Shown: positions 51,983-64,000 of the stretch, piece after piece
Layout: every line of letters begins with the position of its first letter
How positions within the stretch are numbered: the first letter of the stretch is position 1
Assembly: GCA_963706595.1 (NCBI GenBank)
Contig: OY970166.1
Coordinates: 2,368,001-2,432,000 of the forward strand
Source: an uncultured cyanobacterium
GTDB taxonomy: Bacteria > Cyanobacteriota > Cyanobacteriia > Cyanobacteriales > Nostocaceae
DNA: 64,000 nucleotides
Reading direction: 5' to 3'
Program-made: the position numbers and the translations under genes
The notes under the pieces: generated by a model
Database searches by the model: none
Told to the model about the DNA's origin: nothing
The model's input: the letters and a program-made list of their open reading frames with translations, nothing else

Positions 51983-52987
51983 TCAAAGTTTGAACTGTTG
52001 TAAATGACTGCGAGGATTATAGGTACGTATAGCGCGAATTTTTTCATAATATTCCCGCTCCTGTGGGCTGAGGTCTTTTGGTGGAACGATCGCCACCTTT
52101 ACAAACTGGTCACTACGCCCACCCTTAGTTAAAGGCCAGCCCTTACCCCGCAACCGCAGGGATTGACCAGAACGCACACCCGCAGGTAGCTTCACATTCA
52201 CTGAACCATCCGGTGTGGGGACATCAATTGAGGCTCCCAAAGTGGCTTCATCTGGAGTGATAGGAACTTCACAGACGAGGTTATCACCCTCAAATTGGAA
52301 GAATGAGTGTGGCTGAAGTTCAATCTTTAAATATAAATCACCCCGTTGTTGAGTCATGGGGTTGAATTGACCTTTACCACGCACCCGCAGACGAGTACCA
52401 GTTTTAGCCCCAGATGGAATCCGAACTTCAATGGTTTCGTTACCTAAACTAAAGCGCTTTTGGACACCAGAAAACGCCTCACCAAAAGTTAAAGCGATCG
52501 CCGCTTCCGTGTCTGGAGTAGCACCCGTACCGACATCTTGAAAACCATAATCATTAAAGCCGCCATAACCACCGGGTCTAGCTGTAGAACTACGCTGATA
52601 AGAATAGCTTTGTCGTCCACCAGCACCACGAGGGCTAGGGCCACCAAAACGCCCTAATAACTCGTTGACAAATTCATCAAAACTGCCGTATTGGCTGAAG
52701 TCAAAGCCACCCATATCCGCACCAGCACCACCGGATGGGAAACCTTGTCCAGCTTGTTTCCAGTATTGACCAAATTGATCGTACTTCTTGCGCTTATCGA
52801 CATCTGACAAAACTTCGTAAGCTTCATTCACCTCTTTGAAGGTAGCCTCAGCTTGCTTGTTATTGGGGTTGACATCAGGGTGATACTTGCGGGCTTGTTT
52901 CCGAAAAGCTTGTTTAATTTCTTCTGGACTGGCAGTTTTACTGATTCCCAAAATTGCATAATAGTCTTTGAAGTCGGTTGCAGCCAT
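51983..52987 (-). CDS. Class B DnaJ / CbpA-like co-chaperone
   Basis: J-domain with HPD, G/F-rich region, C-terminal domain, no Zn finger. Confidence 0.92.
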   Translation of the reverse strand: MAATDFKDYYAILGISKTASPEEIKQAFRKQARKYHPDVNPNNKQAEATFKEVNEAYEVLSDVDKRKKYDQFGQYWKQAGQGFPSGGAGADMGGFDFSQYGSFDEFVNELLGRFGGPSPRGAGGRQSYSYQRSSTARPGGYGGFNDYGFQDVGTGATPDTEAAIALTFGEAFSGVQKRFSLGNETIEVRIPSGAKTGTRLRVRGKGQFNPMTQQRGDLYLKIELQPHSFFQFEGDNLVCEVPITPDEATLGASIDVPTPDGSVNVKLPAGVRSGQSLRLRGKGWPLTKGGRSDQFVKVAIVPPKDLSPQEREYYEKIRAIRTYNPRSHLQQFKL

Positions 52988-53107
52988 CTACCAGCCTCCT
53001 ATAAAAATTTCTGTTATGTTTTTTCGTAAAGTGTGAGCTTGGTTTTATGCGCGGTCAAATCTCCAGCATAAAAACTCTGATTTTAAATTAACAGACATTA
53101 CAGCAAT

Positions 53108-53617
53108 TCAAGTGTGGTTCCCGCTTACTACACCAGCGCAATTTCCGTACTTTCTCCTCTCTGGATAACAATTCAGGTGGTCTATTCCTTCTTCTAGGCT
53201 AGGGGGAGCATCCCGGAGTTGACGATACATTCGCAAGATAATTTCTTGAGGAACTTGGCGCTGACGCTGTTGATTGCGAGCTAAACACAGCCAAACAGGC
53301 GTTCTCACCCATAACCCTGTAATGTCTGTAAAACCGACCTCACGGGCTAAGGCGATCATTTCACGGCGCTGGCTTCTTTGGGCGTTGGTAGCATCAAAAA
53401 TTGTGGTTTGGTCTGCCGCTACTGCTTGTCGAAATTGCCTTTCTATTTCTCGCCAAATCAGTGGCCAAGGTCCCTGAGTTGCTTCCGAACCAAAAAGCTG
53501 CCCCCGAATGGCATCTGTGGAAATTAGCTGCATCTGGGGGCATTCTGAGACTAATTGTTGCGCCAAAGTTGATTTACCGCTACCAGGAAGACCAATTAGT
53601 AACTGAAGTTTAGTCAT
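53108..53617 (-). CDS. P-loop kinase (AAA_33 / polynucleotide-kinase-like)
   Basis: GLPGSGKST, STDAIR, FDATN, R..QVP. Confidence 0.8.
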   Translation of the reverse strand: MTKLQLLIGLPGSGKSTLAQQLVSECPQMQLISTDAIRGQLFGSEATQGPWPLIWREIERQFRQAVAADQTTIFDATNAQRSQRREMIALAREVGFTDITGLWVRTPVWLCLARNQQRQRQVPQEIILRMYRQLRDAPPSLEEGIDHLNCYPERRKYGNCAGVVSGNHT

Positions 53618-53690
53618 CTGCCATCTGTCAGTTTTTAATGATTATTAACCAATGACCAATGACCAATGACCAATGATCAATGACCAATGA

Positions 53691-54980
53691 CTAAATTATA
53701 GTTCCGTCAGCAATTACCGCATTTTTCAGCACCACAACAATACCACTGCGGATGTAGAAGCCTTGACTTTCCCGTTCTGCTTCTTGGACGTTATCTTTAT
53801 TGATAATTTTCACATCATGACCGATGCAGGCATTCTTATCAATAATGGCACGGCGAATAATCGTATCCGTACCAATACCTACGGGAATGTCACCTTTTTC
53901 TAAGTTACATTGACGCTCCACAAATGGTTGATAAAAATCTGCCCCCATGAGTAGAGATTCTTCAATCACACAGCCAGCTTCAATGCGCGATCGCACTCCC
54001 AAAACCGAATGCTGAATCCGGCAATCTTTCAAAATACAACCTTCGCCAATCATCGATTCTGTGACGTGACAACTTAAAAGTTTACTCGGTGGTAAATAAC
54101 GCGCACGAGTATAAATTGGGGCTTTTTCATCGTAGAAACTAAAAGGAGGTAAAGGTTGTTTAGTTAAAGCTAAATTGGCATGATAAAAAGCTTCAATTGT
54201 CCCGATGTCTTCCCAGTAATCATCAAATAAGTAAGCTTGGACATTGTAATCCTTGCTTGCATCAGGAATAATTTCTTTACCAAAATCGGTACTTTCTAAA
54301 GACTCTTTCAACAATTTAATCAAAACATCTTTTTTAAAGACATAAATCCCCATCGAAGCGATGTAGGGCTGTAACTTCGCTTGTTCTGGCGATAATCCCA
54401 GCACACTAGTATCAACCTGCATCCGATCTAATTCATCGCCCTTGGGCTTTTCGCTAAAGTCAATCACCCTCCCAGACTGGTCTATTTTCATTAAACCAAA
54501 GTCCGAAGCCCGACTTTTATCGATGGGAATTACCGAAAGCGTAATATCAGCCCCTGTTTCCCGATGGCGCTGGATAAACTCGCGGTAATCCATGCGGTAT
54601 AAATGGTCTCCGGAGAGAATCAAATACTCATCCGCATCCCATTCGTTTAACAGCCAGAGGTACTGACGCACAGCATCAGCCGTACCTTGGAACCAATTGG
54701 GGTTTTCTGGCGTTTGCTGTGCCGCGAGAACTTCCACAAATCCCTCATTGAATCCGGTAAAATTATAGGTACGGGCGATATGGCGATTCAGGGACGCTGA
54801 GTTAAATTGTGTCAGGACATAGATTTTGAATATCTCTGAATTGATACAATTACTGACAGGAATATCTATCAAACGGTACTTACCAGCCACTGGTACAGCT
54901 GGTTTAGCACGCATTTTTGTAAGCGGATACAGACGAGTACCCGCGCCACCACCGAGAATGATTGCTAATACTTTTTTCAC
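53691..54980 (-). CDS. glgC: Glucose-1-phosphate adenylyltransferase
   Basis: [40 protein letters not shown]. Confidence 0.97.
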   Translation of the reverse strand: MKKVLAIILGGGAGTRLYPLTKMRAKPAVPVAGKYRLIDIPVSNCINSEIFKIYVLTQFNSASLNRHIARTYNFTGFNEGFVEVLAAQQTPENPNWFQGTADAVRQYLWLLNEWDADEYLILSGDHLYRMDYREFIQRHRETGADITLSVIPIDKSRASDFGLMKIDQSGRVIDFSEKPKGDELDRMQVDTSVLGLSPEQAKLQPYIASMGIYVFKKDVLIKLLKESLESTDFGKEIIPDASKDYNVQAYLFDDYWEDIGTIEAFYHANLALTKQPLPPFSFYDEKAPIYTRARYLPPSKLLSCHVTESMIGEGCILKDCRIQHSVLGVRSRIEAGCVIEESLLMGADFYQPFVERQCNLEKGDIPVGIGTDTIIRRAIIDKNACIGHDVKIINKDNVQEAERESQGFYIRSGIVVVLKNAVIADGTII

Positions 54981-55956
54981 AAGATTTCTCCCAACTGCCT
55001 TTCAACTCTCACCTTCAGTTTAGGACTGTCTGAGACCACTGGTAAGGGGGGATCAGATATTAATAATTAGCCAAATTGACAGAATGCTCTTAGTAATGGA
55101 TGAATCCCTGTGATAAATGTAGCAAATTTAACTTTATAATCACTAGTTTTGACGCTAATGCGATGATTCATTACATACTCAAAACTGTTTAGACCAGGGT
55201 TGCTGACTATTTCTTGCGTCAAACTAGCTATAAGTAATTTTGGATACATTTAACAGATACGTCACTCAGGGTTAGACGTTGTTCAAATTCTGAAAGTACC
55301 CAGATTATTTGGCTGATTAACCAAACGCAATTTTTGTGACAGCCTCAGATACTTTACCCAAGGTGGCTCCGATATAGCACTACGCATACGCGTTAGCACT
55401 TTTGTGGAATGCAGCATCCACACAGTCACGAAATGTTTCAAATTCATTATACAAGTTCTGCTAACTTGCCGAATCTGCCTGCTGGTTGGTAAATTGCTGG
55501 TATGGCTTAGTTTTAATAGTTTGAGGGCTTTGCATGACCAGCATTGCCTCAATCGAGCCTAAAATATCTATCTTTAGATAGATGTTATGCCGTTAAAATT
55601 TGTTTGATACTCTTTTTATACATGATTGTAATCGCAGCGTAGTAGCAACATATCTAAATCACCTGTTTACAGTAATTACTTGTATAATTAAAATTAACAG
55701 GATGGTGTTCGTATATGCCCGCAACGCAATTTTGTGATGTCGGATTTGCCATCTCAATGACCAAGCCTTATTCGTAACAAATAGGGCTTGTGTTTTTGCT
55801 TGTTATATTTTCTCAGTAGCAACTCTGAGAATTTAGGTAGCTTATTTTGCTAATACAATTTTTAGCAGGTGAAAAAATTCTATTGCTACCTTTATATATT
55901 GATGTTTACACAGCACTTAGTCAACACCGGATCAAATTAACAATTAACTAAAAAAT

Positions 55957-58900
55957 ATGCCAAGCAATAATACACTCAATACAGCTTTCAATATTGGCAC
56001 TCTGACTGGTACTCGGACTTTCAATGATTTTGTCGGTGTTGTAGATCCATTTGATTATTATCGATTTACTCTGGCAGATACGAGTGCAATTAGTTTGCGG
56101 TTGAATCAATTAACTCAAAGTGGTGTTTACAGTCGGATTATTTACGACAAAAATAATAATGGATTAATTGATAGTGGAGAAACTCTCTACAGTGGGATTG
56201 CTTCCACTTTTTCTAATAGTAATAATTTGAATATTAATGCTACTTTGGGTGCTGGTAATTACTTTATCGAAGTTAAACCGAATAGCGCTAATGTCAATTC
56301 TAACTATGCTTTAGAGCTAACTGCTACACTCAGTCCTGCTTCTATTCCTTCAGATCCGGGAAATACCCTAAATACCGCTTACAATATTGGCAATCTGACT
56401 GCTACTAAGATTTTCAATGAGTTTGTGGGTGTTGTAGATCCATTTGATTATTATCGATTTACTCTGGCAGATACGAGTGCAATTAGTTTGCGGTTGAATC
56501 AATTAACTCAAAGTGGTGTTTACAGTCGGATTATTTACGACAAAAATAATAATGGATTAATTGATAGTGGAGAAACTCTCTACAGTGGCATTGCTTCCAC
56601 TTTTTCTAATAGTAATAATTTGAATATTAATGCTACTTTGGGTGCTGGTAATTACTTTATCGAAGTTAAACCGAATAGCGCTAATGTCAATTCTAACTAT
56701 GCTTTAGAGCTAACTGCTACACTCAGTCCTGCTTCTATTCCTTCAGATCCGGGAAATACCCTAAATACCGCTTACAATATTGGTAATCTGACTGCTACTA
56801 AGATTTTCAATGAGTTTGTGGGTGTTGTAGATCCATTTGATTATTATCGATTTACTCTGGCAGATACGAGTGCAATTAGTTTGCGGTTGAATCAATTAAC
56901 TCAAAGTGGTGTTTACAGTCGGATTATTTACGACAAAAATAATAATGGATTAATTGATAGCGGAGAAACTCTCTACAGTGGCATTGCTTCCCGTTTTTCT
57001 AATAGTAATAATTTGAATATTAATGCTACTTTGGGTGCTGGTACTTACTTTATCGAAGTTCAACCGAATAGCGCTGATGTCAATTCTAGCTATGCTTTAG
57101 AGTTAACTGCTACACTCAGTCCTGCTTCTATTCCTTCAGATCCGGGAAATACCCTAAATACCGCCTACAATATTGGCAATCTGACTGGCACTAATATTTT
57201 CAATGAGTTTGTCGGTGTTGTAGATCCAGTTGATTATTATCGATTTACTCTGGCAGCTACAAGTGCAATTAGTTTGCGGTTGAATGGATTAACTCAAAGT
57301 GGTGTTTACAGTCGGATTATTTACGACAAAAATAATAATGGATTAATTGATAGCGGAGAAACTCTCTACAGTGGCACTGCTTCCACTTTTTCTAATAGTA
57401 ATAATTTGAATATTAATGCTACTTTGGGCGCTGGTAATTACTTTATCGAAGTTAAACCGAATAGCGCTAATGTCAATTCTAACTATGCTTTAGAGCTAAC
57501 CGCTACACCCAGTCCTGCTTCTATTCCTTCAGATCCGGGAAATACCCTAAATACCGCCTACAATATTGGCAATCTGACTGGCACTAATATTTTCAATGAG
57601 TTTGTCGGTGTTGTAGATCCAGTTGATTATTATCGATTTACTCTGGCAGCTACAAGTGCAATTAGTTTGCGGTTGAATGGATTAACTCAAAGTGGTGTTT
57701 ACAGTCGGATTATTTACGACAAAAATAATAATGGATTAATTGATAGCGGAGAAACTCTCTACAGTGGCACTGCTTCCACTTTTTCTAATAGTAATAATTT
57801 GAATATTAATGCTACTTTGGGCGCTGGTAATTACTTTATCGAAGTTAAACCGAATAGCGCTAATGTCAATTCTAACTATGCTTTAGAGCTAACCGCTACA
57901 CCCAGTCCTGCTTCTATTCCTTCAGATCCGGGAAATACCCTAAATACCGCCTACAATATTGGCAATCTGACTGGCACTAATATTTTCAATGAGTTTGTCG
58001 GTGTTGTAGATCCAGTTGATTATTATCGATTTACTCTGGCAGCTACAAGTGCAATTAGTTTGCGGTTGAATGGATTAACTCAAAGTGGTGTTTACAGTCG
58101 GATTATTTACGACCAAAATAACAATGGATTAATTGATAGCGGAGAAACTCTCTACAGTGGCACTGCTTCCCGTTTTTCTAATAGTAATAATTTGAATATT
58201 AATGCTACTTTGGGCGCTGGTAATTACTTTATCGAAGTTAAACCGAATAGCGCTAATGTCAATTCTAGCTATGCTTTACAGCTAACTGCTCCAGATAACA
58301 ACCTAGATAACGTTGTCACAGGGACAGCAAATAACGAAAACTTCACCACCACATCTCAAAAAGATATCATAGACGCTCAAGGTGGAAACGACACCATCAC
58401 CAGCACCTTTGCCAATTTACAACAAAACGATACTTTGAACGGTGGTACAGGAATTGATACTTTGATTATTACCGGAGGAAGTAGTGCCAATGCCATTACT
58501 ATTAATACCAATAATACTAATCAATTTAATATTCCTGGTACAACCATCATCGGATTTGAACGCTTTGATTTAAGTGGATTTAGTGGTAAAGTCAGCTTTT
58601 TCGGTAATAGCGGTAATGATTGGATTAAAGCAGGTGCTGGAAATGACATCCTCAATGGTAAAGCAGGTGCAGATACCATGATTGGTGGTGCGGGTAATGA
58701 TTTCTACTATGTTGATCATGTGGGAGATACCATTATCGAAAATGTTGGTGAAGGAACTGATACGGTTTTCAGCACTATTAGTTACACATTAGGAAATCAC
58801 TTAGAAAACTTGACGTTACAAGGCACATCTGCCATTAACGGTACTGGTAACAACCTGAATAATCACATCAAAGGAAACGCAGACTGCTAATATTCTGACA

Positions 58901-61328
58901 GGTGGTGCGGGAAATGACATCCTTGATGGTAAAGCAGGTGCAGATACCATGATTGGTGGTACTGGTAATGATTCCTACTATGTTGATCATGTGGGAGATA
59001 TCATTATCGAAAATTCTGCTCAAGGAACTGATACGGTTTTCAGCACTATTAGTTACACATTAGGAAATCACCTAGAAAACTTGACTTTACAAGGCACATC
59101 TGCCATTAACGGTACTGGTAACACTTTAAATAATCGCATCAGAGGAAACAGTGGTAATAATGTCCTCAATGGTAAAGCAGGTGCAGATACCATGATTGGT
59201 GGTGCGGGTAATGATTTCTACTATGTTGATCATGTAGGAGATACCATTATCGAAAATTCTGGTCAAGGAACTGATACGGTTTTCAGCACTATTAGTTACA
59301 CATTAGGAAATCACTTAGAAAACTTGACGTTACAAGGCACATCTGCCATTAACGGTACTGGTAACAACCTGAATAATCACATCAAAGGAAACGCAGACTG
59401 CTAATATTCTCAGGGGTGGTGCGGGAAATGACATCCTTGATGGTAAAGCAGGTGCAGATACCATGATTGGTGGTACTGGTAATGATTCCTACTATGTTGA
59501 TCATGTGGGAGATATCATTATCGAAAATTCTGGTCAAGGAACTGATACTGTTTTCAGCACTATTAGTTACCAATTAGGCAATCACTTAGAAAACCTGACG
59601 TTACAAGGCACATCTGCTATCAACGGTACTGGTAACACTTTAAATAATCGCATCAGAGGAAACAGTGGTAATAATGTCCTCAATGGTAAAGCAGGTGCAG
59701 ATACCATGATTGGTGGTGCGGGTAATGATTTCTACTATGTTGATCATGTAGGAGATACCATTATCGAAAATTCTGGTCAAGGAACTGATACGGTTTTCAG
59801 CACTATTAGTTACACATTAGGAAATCACCTAGAAAACTTGACTTTACAAGGCACATCTGCTATCAACGGTACTGGTAATAGTTTAAATAATCGCATCAGA
59901 GGAAACAGTGGTAATAATGTCCTCAGAGGTGGTGCAGGAAATGACATCCTTGATGGTAAAGCAGGTGCAGATACCATGATTGGTGGTACTGGTAATGATT
60001 CCTACTATGTTGATCATGTGGGAGATATCATCACAGAAAATTCTGGTCAAGGAACTGATACTGTTTTCAGCACTATTAGTTACACATTAGGAAATAACTT
60101 AGAAAACCTGACGTTACAAGGCACATCTGCTATCAACGGTACTGGTAATAGTTTAAATAATCGCATCAGAGGAAACAGTGGTAATAATGTCCTCAATGGT
60201 AAAGCAGGTGCAGATAGAATGATTGGTGGTGCGGGTAATGATTTCTACTATGTTGATAATTTGGGAGATACCATTATCGAAAATGTTGGTGAAGGAACTG
60301 ATACTGTTTTCAGTACCATCACTTATACATTAGGAAATAACTTAGAAAACCTGACGTTACAAGGCACATCTGCTATCAACGGTACTGGTAATAGTTTAAA
60401 TAATCGCATCAGAGGAAACAGTGGTAATAATGTCCTCAGAGGTGGTGCAGGAAATGACATCCTTGATGGTAAAGCAGGTGCAGATACCATGATTGGTGGT
60501 ACTGGTAATGATTCCTACTATGTTGATCATGTGGGAGATATCATCACAGAAAATTCTGGTCAAGGAACTGATACTGTTTTCAGCACTATTAGTTACACAT
60601 TAGGAAATAACTTAGAAAACCTGACGTTACAAGGCACATCTGCTATCAACGGTACTGGTAATACTTTAAATAATCGCATCAGAGGAAACAGTGGTAATAA
60701 TGTCCTCAATGGTAAAGCAGGTGCAGATAGAATGATTGGTGGTGCGGGTAATGATTTCTACTATGTTGATCATGTGGGAGATACCATTGTCGAAAATGTT
60801 GGTCAAGGAACTGATACGGTTTTCAGCACTATTAGTTACACATTAGGAAATAACCTAGAAAACTTGACGTTACAAGGCACATCTGCCATTAACGGTACTG
60901 GTAACAACCTGAATAATCACATTAAAGGAAACGCATCTGCTAATATTCTCAGAGGTGGTGCAGGAAATGACATCCTTGATAGTAAAGCAGGTGCAGATAC
61001 CCTAATTGGTGGTACTGGTAATGATAAACTCTATCTAGGTGCTAACGATGGTGTTGTGGATATCGTTCACTATGCCTTTGGTAATGGTGCAGATACTGTT
61101 TATCAGTTTGTGCGTGGTGGAGGTGGTGATCAAATCCAATTTACAGGCATTACAAATATTGATGTGGTGACATCAGGTACTAATACTTTACTGCGTTTGG
61201 GTGATGGTACGACTGGTAACGCTGGTTTCGGTACAGGTGAGTTATTAGTTACTTTATCGGGTACATCTGGCTTTAGTGGTACTGATATAAATGTCAACCT
61301 GTTTGGTGCTAATTTTTTGTTCAGTTAA
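55957..61328 (+). CDS. Large secreted RTX/Ca-binding repeat protein with six PPC-like domains (+1 frameshifts at about 58883 and 59397; about 1789 aa if restored)
   Basis: Six 131-aa repeats (DYYRF...G.YFIEV), nine ENLTLQGTSAINGTGN units with GGxGND nonapeptides, no Sec signal. Confidence 0.85.
55969..58290 (+). repeat. Six near-identical 393-bp tandem units
   Basis: cagatccgggaaataccctaaataccgc at 56351, 56744, 57137, 57530, 57923. Confidence 0.92.
58630..61030 (+). repeat. Nine RTX-associated units alternating about 270 and 243 bp
   Basis: Recurrent ttacaaggcacatctgc and ggtaaagcaggtgcagata blocks. Confidence 0.88.
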
Positions 61329-61494
61329 AGTAATTTACGGAGGTTGGGAAACCATCGCCTGGGACGGGTTTCCCAACTTGTGGCAAACCTCTGTTGACGC
61401 AAGGAAACCTAACTTCTGATTGTATATCATCAGTGAGAGATGTAAATTAGCAAATATTTGCCACAATCACTGCTTAAGGGATAAAAATTAATTC

Positions 61495-62941
61495 ATGCAA
61501 ATCCAAACACCAGACTGGGTTAAACACGCTGTTTTCTACCAAATCTTCCCAGACCGCTTTGCCAGAAGCAAACAGCCTCACAAACAACTGTTACATGATG
61601 CGCGTTGGGAAGATTGGGACGCTACGCCCACACTCCAAGGTTACAAAGGCGGCGATTTATGGGGAATTATTGAGGAATTAGACTATATTCAGGGTTTAGG
61701 GATTAACGCTATTTACTTTACTCCCATTTTTCAATCGGCGAGTAATCACCGCTATCACACTCACGATTATTATCAGGTTGATCCGTTGTTGGGGGGTAAT
61801 GAGGCTTTTCGGGAATTCCTCGACGCAGCCCATGAACGGGATATCAAAGTTGTGCTGGATGGGGTGTTTAACCACGCCAGTCGAGGGATTTTCTTTTTTC
61901 ACGATGTGTTAGAAAATGGACCTCGTTCGCCTTGGGTGGACTGGTTCAAAATTACAGGTTGGCCGCTTGCGCCTTACACTGGGGAATTACCCGCAAATTA
62001 TGAAGGTTGGGCAGGAAATCGGGCTTTGCCAGTATTTAACCATGATAATCCCGAAGTGCGGGAATACATCATGGAAATTGGCGAATATTGGCTGAAATTC
62101 GGCATTGATGGTTGGCGGTTAGATGTACCATTTGAAGTCAAAACACCGGGCTTTTGGCAGGAATTTCGCGATCGCATCAAAGCCATTAACCCCGAAGCTT
62201 ATATAGTGGGGGAAGTTTGGGGAGATTCCCGTGAGTGGCTAGATGGTACGCAATTTGACGGCGTGATGAATTACTTATTTGCCGGGTTAACCATTGCCTT
62301 TACCGCAGGCGATCGCGTAGTCTTAGAACAAGTGCAAACCCGTGACTATCAACCCTACCCACCATTATTTGCGGCTGAATACGCGGTTAAAATCCAGGAA
62401 TTACTCGCACTTTACCCTTGGGAAATTCAATTAACGCAACTCAACTTACTCGCAAGTCACGACACAGACTCGATTAATTACCATTGCTGACGGCGATCAA
62501 CCTAGTGTAGAATTAGCAACTTTACTGTTACTCACCTTTCCCGGTGCGCCCAGTATCTACTATGGTGACGAAGTTGGTTTACCAGGGGCGATAGATCCCG
62601 ACTCCCGGCGTGGCTTTCCCACAGAAGCTAATTGGAATCAAGAAATCCTCAACATTCACCGCCAATTAATAGCTCTTCGCCACCAATACCCAGCTTTACG
62701 CGCAGGTGATTACAAAACTCTGTTCGCCCAGGGAGCATTGTATATTTTTACCCGAACGTTAGAAACTGATGAATTAATTATTGCCGTTAACGCTGGTACA
62801 GGAAAGACAACAGCAAATATAGACACAGCAGGTTTGCTGACTAAATCCCACAAGCTATTATATGGGACTGCGGAATTTGAGTGGCATGGTACGCAGCTTT
62901 CCTTAACTCTTCCCCCACGCACTGGTTGTATTCTCGGTTAG
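61495..62941 (+). CDS. GH13 neopullulanase / cyclomaltodextrinase-like (+1 frameshift at about 62468; about 481 aa if restored)
   Basis: FYQIFPDRF, LDGVFNH, GWRLDV, VGEVW, ASHDT; continues after the shift with PGAPSIYYGDEVG. Confidence 0.9.
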
Positions 62942-62945
62942 ATTT

Positions 62946-63365
62946 CTATCCTGTTGTAACCATTGCTGGCATTAATACCTGATCAATCGCATGAATTACG
63001 CCATTCTCGGCAATTATATCCGTTACGAGGACATGAGCATCATTCACCTTAATCACACCTTGATCAGAATCAATCGCCACGACTGATCCTTCCAGAGTTG
63101 GTGCTTCTGAAATCTGCTGCAAATCTTCAAACCTGACATCCCCAAAAGCGACATGATACATTAATATCTTTTGCAGCTTGGGGATGTCTTGCTGTAGTGA
63201 AGCTAAAATATTCTTTGGTAGTAGGGCAAAAGCATCGTCAGTCGGTGCAAAAAGTGTGAGAGAACCCGAACTTTTCAGAGTTTCGATGATTTCTGCGATC
63301 GTAGCAGCCTGAAGTAGAGTCTTAAAATTTCCGGCGTTAATAGCAGTTTCTACAATATCAGCCAT
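62946..63365 (-). CDS. Fasciclin (FAS1) domain protein
   Basis: TLFAPTDDAF, ILMYHV, NGVIHAIDQVL. Confidence 0.92.
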   Translation of the reverse strand: MADIVETAINAGNFKTLLQAATIAEIIETLKSSGSLTLFAPTDDAFALLPKNILASLQQDIPKLQKILMYHVAFGDVRFEDLQQISEAPTLEGSVVAIDSDQGVIKVNDAHVLVTDIIAENGVIHAIDQVLMPAMVTTG

Positions 63366-63512
63366 AAATTTGAGTTGATTTCTTAAATTTCCCTACACAA
63401 CACACTTATAAAGTCAAAAAAAACTGTTAGCCTCTATCAAGAGAGACAAAAATACCAAGCCATAAACTCTCAGTACTGCTAAACTGGGGAATGACCTCAT
63501 GAACCAGTGACT

Positions 63513-63752
63513 ATGCTAAAGCGTTCTAAGTTCGAGACGACTCAATCTCAAATCATGTACCGGGCTGAGGATTTGATTAGTGCAGCTTCAAATCGCTACC
63601 GCATTACCGTTCAAGTGGCTAACCGCGCCAAGCGTCGGCGTTATGAAGACTTTGATAATCCATCAGAAGATGTGATGATGAAGCCAGTGTTGAGGGCAAT
63701 TATCGAAATGTCCGATGAACTGACTCAACCCGAAATTATTGGCGAACTATAA
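63513..63752 (+). CDS. rpoZ: RNA polymerase omega subunit (cyanobacterial type)
   Basis: [33 protein letters not shown]. Confidence 0.9.
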   Translation: MLKRSKFETTQSQIMYRAEDLISAASNRYRITVQVANRAKRRRYEDFDNPSEDVMMKPVLRAIIEMSDELTQPEIIGEL

Positions 63753-63774
63753 TCAGACTTCTGCACAGGTGACG

Positions 63775-64000
63775 ATGAGCAAAAATTTATCGTTCATTCA
63801 ACCCCTACTCAAACCTTGGCAAACACTCACTGCTTGTATGGTGGTGGGTGTAGTTGTGTTGAGTTCAGGGGGAGATAAATTAATAACAACAAACTTATTT
63901 GGCATTCCCCCGGCGTTAGCGCAAAGAATTAGCCCTGGAGACGTTTGGCAGCAAGTATATCAGCAAATACCAGACCTGCCAAAAGAAAATCAGTATAACA
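63775..64000 (+). CDS. Partial exported hypothetical protein, truncated by the window end
   Basis: Open frame MSKNLSFIQP...PPALAQRISPGDVWQQVYQQIPDLPKENQY to the edge. Confidence 0.7.
   Translation, partial: MSKNLSFIQPLLKPWQTLTACMVVGVVVLSSGGDKLITTNLFGIPPALAQRISPGDVWQQVYQQIPDLPKENQYN

Noticed and set aside
53108..53617. Anti-phage or RNA-repair system around the P-loop kinase
   Set aside because: Neighbours are glgC and dnaJ; no ligase, Hen1 or nuclease partner
58883..59397. Phase-variation switch in the RTX gene
   Set aside because: No simple-sequence tract at the sites, and the same cag[a]ct context breaks the unrelated GH13 gene
61340..61410. c-di-GMP riboswitch (GGCAAAC...GACGCAAG)
   Set aside because: Better explained as a palindromic repeat or terminator (gttgggaaacc/ggtttcccaac); the GNRA-loop architecture is not evident
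1351..62922. Numerous 60-190 aa ORFs antisense to or overlapping identified genes (e.g. 6034-6609, 20077-20505, 41750-42094)
   Set aside because: Shadow ORFs with no motifs, lying within well-supported genes

Overview
Chromosomal window from a filamentous, probably Nostocales-type cyanobacterium. This is inferred from abundant HIP1 GCGATCGC sites, STRR heptamer repeats and cyanobacterial-type rpoZ and glgC. Housekeeping genes (gyrA, lnt, murF, dnaK, aspS, hisH, rsmD, glgC, rpoZ) are interleaved with accessory blocks: a siderophore-uptake cassette (7.6-16.1 kb), a cyanoexosortase/HpsJ-like/PTPA-CTERM sorting cassette (16.3-18.8 kb), a nine-gene type IV secretion-like operon (VirB2/3/4/5/6/8/8/10/9-like; 19.1-29.0 kb), a glycosyltransferase/methyltransferase cluster, a nonsense-inactivated tnpB element, two hicBA pairs and a large repeat-rich RTX protein. 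The T4SS-like operon has no adjacent relaxase, coupling protein or integrase and is the best candidate for an undescribed, host-domesticated system. Nine single-base frameshifts, several in normally essential genes, most likely reflect sequencing error. No rRNA, tRNA or CRISPR array was recognised. All family assignments come from motif recognition by eye; no database searches were run.
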